DNA from: Nitrospirota bacterium | GTDB taxonomy: Bacteria; Nitrospirota; UBA9217 | Assembly (NCBI GenBank): GCA_963749655.1 | Contig: CAVVOB010000038.1 | Location: 64,001-128,000, forward strand | Direction of reading: 5' to 3' | DNA: 64,000 bases | Shown: positions 60,472-64,000 of the stretch, piece by piece | How positions within the stretch are numbered: position 1 is the first letter of the stretch | Layout: each line of letters begins with the position of its first letter | Notes under the pieces: model-generated | The model's input: only the letters and a program-made list of their open reading frames with translations | Told to the model about the DNA's origin: nothing | Databases searched by the model: none | Program-made: the position numbers and the translations under genes

Positions 60472-62664
60472 ATGGATCGCAGGACCTTTCTCCAATTAAG
60501 CGGAATGACGGCTGCTGCGGCCGCGCTTTCGGGCTGCAAATCGGCGAATGAGAAGATCATTCCCTATCTCATTCCGCCCGACGAGGGAGTGACTCCCGGC
60601 ATCGCGAATTATTATGCCAGCACCTGCCGGTCCTGCCCTGCCGGATGCGGCATCCTTGTCCGGGTGTCGGAGGGCCGGGCAAAAAAGATCGAAGGCAATC
60701 CTCTCCATCCCGTGAACAGGGGAAAACTCTGCGCGCGGGGTCAGGCTGCTCTTCAGGAGCTCTATCATCCCGATCGGGTGCCGCAGCCCATGAAGCGAAC
60801 CGGTGCGCGCGGTTCAGGGGCGTTTACGAAGATCACCTGGGAAGAGGCGCTCACGCTGCTGGTGGAGAAGCTCAAGAACCTGCAGCAATCGAAGATGACC
60901 GCCGGTCTTGCCCTCGTTACCCCGCAGCTGAGCGGCACCATGGCGGAACTCGTGACCCGCTTCACGCGCTCTTACGGTTCGCCGAACCACGTGTCCTACG
61001 AATTGCTCGTCCCGGACTGGCTCCGCGCCGCAAATCGCAAAAGCTTCGGCCAGGCAAGCCTGCCCTTCTATGATATGAGCGAGACCCGGTATCTGCTCAG
61101 CTTCGGCGCTGATTTCGTGGAAAGTCATCTTTCTCCGGTCCAGTACGGCTATGCCTTCGGCAGGATGCGCCAGGCCAGGGACACGGTGCGGGGCCACTTC
61201 ACCTATGTGGGCGGCCGCATGTCGCTGACTGCTGCCTCGGCAGACCGCTGGATGCCTGCCCGACCGGGAAGCGAAGGGGTGCTGGCCCTCGGCATTGCGC
61301 GCCTGATTCTCGCAGAATCCCTTCATGACCAGGCTTCCCTTGCAGCGAACGGGCTCCGTAAAGAAACGCTGCTGCAGGGGCTCAAGGCTTACGACCTAAC
61401 CCGTGTCGCGGATGAGACGGGGCTGACCGAAAAGGCCATTGCCGAAGTCGCCCGCGAGTTCACGGCAACCAGACCTTCGCTCGCCATGGCAGGCGAGGCT
61501 GTTGCCTTCCAGAGCAACGGCCAGGAAACGGTCCGCGCAATCAACCTCCTGAACGTGCTCGCGGGGAATCTGAACCGTATCGGCGGGATCTACCCGGACA
61601 ACGGGTCCCCGGAGGGGCCGGCAAATTCCTTTAACGAGCTCAACTCTCTCATCAAAAAAATGGCGGGCAGCAGCATCCAGCTCGCCATGATCCTCGGCGA
61701 TCCTGTGCACACCGTTCCCCAGGCAACAAAATTCCAGGAGGCCCTCTCGAAGGTCCCGTTCATCGTGAGCTTGTCCTCGTTCATGGACGATACGGCCCTG
61801 CAGGCCGACCTGATCCTGCCGGACCACGCAGGACTCGAGAGCTGGGGTGATGTCATTCCGCTTGCCGGCACGCGGGACAGCGTGGTCGGACTGATGCAGC
61901 CGGTGGTAAATCCTGTTTTCGATACGCGGCAGTCCGCCGAGGTTCTGATGACCGCGGCCCATGAATTAGGCGGGGCGATGAAGGCTGCATTCCCCTTCGA
62001 GACATATCTCGATATGCTGAAGACGGGGATGAAAAAGCGGGTGAGCGGCGGCGGAAAGGATTTCGAGGCGACATGGGTCGAGTTCCTTAAGCAGGGCGGG
62101 CTCTTCAAAACGAACCAGGGCCAGGGCAAGGCATTCCGCTGGCAGGCAGGCGCGGGGATCCCCAATCCTGCCAAGCCCGACTTCGCAGGCAATGAGAAGG
62201 AGTTCCCGCTCCATCTTCAGGTCTATCCCTCAACGGCTTTTTATGACGGCCGCGGCGCATCGCTCCCCTGGCTGCAGCAGCTGCCTGATCCCATGACCAC
62301 GGCGGTCTGGGACAGCTGGGTCGAGCTTAATCCGAAAACCGCGCAGGAGCTCGGCATCAATTTCGGAGACCTGGTCGAGGTGAGCTCTCCGCAGGGGTCC
62401 CTTCGCGTTCCCGCGGTGATCTATCCCGGCATCAGGCCGGACATGGCTGCCATGCCCATGGGGCAGGGACATCTCGACAATGGACGCTATGCAAAGGGAA
62501 GAGGGGTGAATCCCCTCCATATTTTAGCGTTGGTTGATAATAAGGATGCTCAACCTGCCTGGAATGCCACGCGGGTGCGGATCAAGAAGATCTCGGACAA
62601 GGGCGAGCTGGTGGTTTACGGAAATCCGCAGGGGAGCTTCCGGAGCGAGCTGATAGAGATATAG
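60472..62664 (+). CDS. Molybdopterin oxidoreductase-like subunit (ActB1/QrcB-like), Tat-exported
   Basis: DRRTFL, IPYL.PP...PG...YYASTC, IEGNPLHPVN.G.LCARGQ, LQQLPDPMTT..WD. Confidence 0.88.
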   Translation: MDRRTFLQLSGMTAAAAALSGCKSANEKIIPYLIPPDEGVTPGIANYYASTCRSCPAGCGILVRVSEGRAKKIEGNPLHPVNRGKLCARGQAALQELYHPDRVPQPMKRTGARGSGAFTKITWEEALTLLVEKLKNLQQSKMTAGLALVTPQLSGTMAELVTRFTRSYGSPNHVSYELLVPDWLRAANRKSFGQASLPFYDMSETRYLLSFGADFVESHLSPVQYGYAFGRMRQARDTVRGHFTYVGGRMSLTAASADRWMPARPGSEGVLALGIARLILAESLHDQASLAANGLRKETLLQGLKAYDLTRVADETGLTEKAIAEVAREFTATRPSLAMAGEAVAFQSNGQETVRAINLLNVLAGNLNRIGGIYPDNGSPEGPANSFNELNSLIKKMAGSSIQLAMILGDPVHTVPQATKFQEALSKVPFIVSLSSFMDDTALQADLILPDHAGLESWGDVIPLAGTRDSVVGLMQPVVNPVFDTRQSAEVLMTAAHELGGAMKAAFPFETYLDMLKTGMKKRVSGGGKDFEATWVEFLKQGGLFKTNQGQGKAFRWQAGAGIPNPAKPDFAGNEKEFPLHLQVYPSTAFYDGRGASLPWLQQLPDPMTTAVWDSWVELNPKTAQELGINFGDLVEVSSPQGSLRVPAVIYPGIRPDMAAMPMGQGHLDNGRYAKGRGVNPLHILALVDNKDAQPAWNATRVRIKKISDKGELVVYGNPQGSFRSELIEI

Positions 62665-62806
62665 TCAGGAGTCAGGAGTCAGGAGTCAGGAGGATTCCAC
62701 TTTCAAAGCAAGAGTTTCGCGCCAAGACGCAAAGGCGCAAAGAAAGTCTTTTTTTAAACGAGATCAAATTTTGAGATTCTCTTGGCGTCTTTGCGACTTT
62801 GCGCGA
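62663..62806. repeat. (AGTCAGG)4 array plus inverted CGCAAAG-type octamer repeat
   Basis: AGTCAGG x4 at 62663-62690; CGCCAAGACGCAAAGGCGCAAAG and its inverse CTTGGCGTCTTTGCGACTTTGCGCG. Confidence 0.75.
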
Positions 62807-62837
62807 GACTGCTTTCAGAGAATGAGGATTTCCGATC

Positions 62838-63557
62838 ATGGAAAAAATCACGAGTCCCTATAAATGGGGAATGGTCGTGGACCTCGACCGCTGCACCGGA
62901 TGCGGGGCCTGCGTGGTGGCCTGCCAGGCCGAGAACAACGTGGCCATCTGCGGGAAGAAGGAGATCGCCGAAGGCCGCGACATGCACTGGCTCAGGATCG
63001 AGCGTTTCTGGGTGGGCGAATACCCCGACGTACGCGTGAAGTTTCTTCCTGTGCTCTGTCAGCACTGCCACGACGCGCCCTGCGAGCCCGTCTGCCCGGT
63101 CTATGCCAGCTATCACAACCCCGACGGACTGAACGGCCAGGTCTACAACCGCTGCGTGGGCACACGCTACTGCGGGAATAACTGTCCCTATGCCGTGCGC
63201 GTGTTCAATTTTTACGATCACGAGCATTCATGGCCCCATCCTCTCAACTATCAACTCTCGCCTGATATTACGGTGCGCTCGCGCGGGGTTATGGAAAAAT
63301 GTTCGTTCTGCATCCAGCGCATCCGGAGAGTCAAGGAAGATGCAAAAGCCGAAGGCCGCCTGATCAAAGACGGCGAGGTGCAGCCTGCGTGTGCGCAGAC
63401 CTGCCCATCCGAGGCACTGGTGTTCGGCAACATGGCGGACCCGGAAAGCCGTGTTGCGAGGCTCAGCCGCAGCCCGCGGGGCTTCCGGCTCCTGGAGCAC
63501 CTGGGTGCGCATCCCTCGATCACCTATCTCAAGGGAGGGGGAAGGGAACATGTATAG
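62838..63557 (+). CDS. 4Fe-4S dicluster subunit (ActB2/QrcC-like)
   Basis: DLDRCTGCGAC..ACQAENN, CQHC..APCEPVCP, YNRCVGTRYCGNNCPY, VRSRGVMEKC. Confidence 0.92.
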   Translation: MEKITSPYKWGMVVDLDRCTGCGACVVACQAENNVAICGKKEIAEGRDMHWLRIERFWVGEYPDVRVKFLPVLCQHCHDAPCEPVCPVYASYHNPDGLNGQVYNRCVGTRYCGNNCPYAVRVFNFYDHEHSWPHPLNYQLSPDITVRSRGVMEKCSFCIQRIRRVKEDAKAEGRLIKDGEVQPACAQTCPSEALVFGNMADPESRVARLSRSPRGFRLLEHLGAHPSITYLKGGGREHV

Positions 63558-63559
63558 GA

Positions 63560-63730
63560 AATGCGGAATAATTCAAATGCGGAATGCGGAATTCTGGAGT
63601 GCGGAATGAAAGGCGAATGCGAGAATGCGGATCACACAAGTTTACGCATCAGCTTGTGACCGCATAAACACATTTACATGTTCTCGACAACCTGAGACTC
63701 GAAACTTGAAACTTGAAACCTGAACCCGAA
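63560..63730 (+). repeat. Heptamer arrays (AATGCGG)n and (GAAACTT)n
   Basis: Fill the intergenic gap inside the operon. Confidence 0.75.
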
Positions 63731-63738
63731 GGAGAAGT

Positions 63739-64000
63739 ATGTCTGAGAACAACGAGCATACCCTCGCTGCCAAAAGCGCAAAACAGGTGAACGATGAATT
63801 GCTCACCTCGATGCGGCCCCCGACCCTTCGCTGGTACTTGCTCATTGCCGGCCTCAGCGTGGTGATTGCCTGGGGCATGCTTGCTTTCGCCTACCAGGTG
63901 ATGACCGGTATGAGCGTGACCGGCAAGAACCGTCCCGTCATGTGGGCGCTCTATATCACGGGCTTCGTGTTCTGGGTAGGCATGTCCCATTCCGGAACCA
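63739..64000 (+). CDS. NrfD-family quinol-binding subunit (ActC/QrcD-like), partial
   Basis: AAGGAG RBS; YQVMTGMSVTG.NRPVMWALYITGFVFWVGMSHSGT. Confidence 0.85.
   Translation, partial: MSENNEHTLAAKSAKQVNDELLTSMRPPTLRWYLLIAGLSVVIAWGMLAFAYQVMTGMSVTGKNRPVMWALYITGFVFWVGMSHSGT

Noticed and set aside
27438-63730. Short repeat arrays as CRISPR
   Set aside because: Units are 7-8 nt with no unique spacers, and there are no cas genes in the window.

Overview
GC-rich bacterial chromosome segment from a cytochrome-rich anaerobe. Gene content suggests Nitrospirota or Desulfobacterota, which is an inference. From 0 to 34 kb is an accessory region: tatA/tatB, a Tat-exported split-Soret-type cytochrome with a leaderless upstream peptide, NosL-like, SulP, MerR, UvrA, an ECF sigma operon, many PAS/heme sensors, glgC, a RACo-like ASKHA ATPase and a PhnD-like protein paired with a GGDEF-EAL enzyme. 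From 34 to 46 kb is the conserved pheA-hisC-aroF-tyrA-aroA-cmk-ispH-rpsA-sppA-ihfB operon. From 46 to 56 kb is a multiheme cytochrome/Fe-S/NrfD/cytochrome b redox cluster with a heme-sensing two-component system and four paralogous small membrane proteins. From 60 to 64 kb is the start of an alternative complex III/Qrc-like operon. The strongest hidden signal is a MerB-like (organomercurial lyase fold) gene at 6468-7223 (-), which the ORF track splits. It reads through two in-frame TGA codons at the two catalytic-Cys positions, each followed by a SECIS-like hairpin, so it is a probable double-selenocysteine lyase. It lies downstream of a MerR regulator and is bracketed by direct-repeat hairpin elements. 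A second, weaker TGA read-through candidate lies at 17667-17891. About a dozen genes carry frameshifts that look like assembly indel errors. No rRNA, tRNA or CRISPR array was seen.
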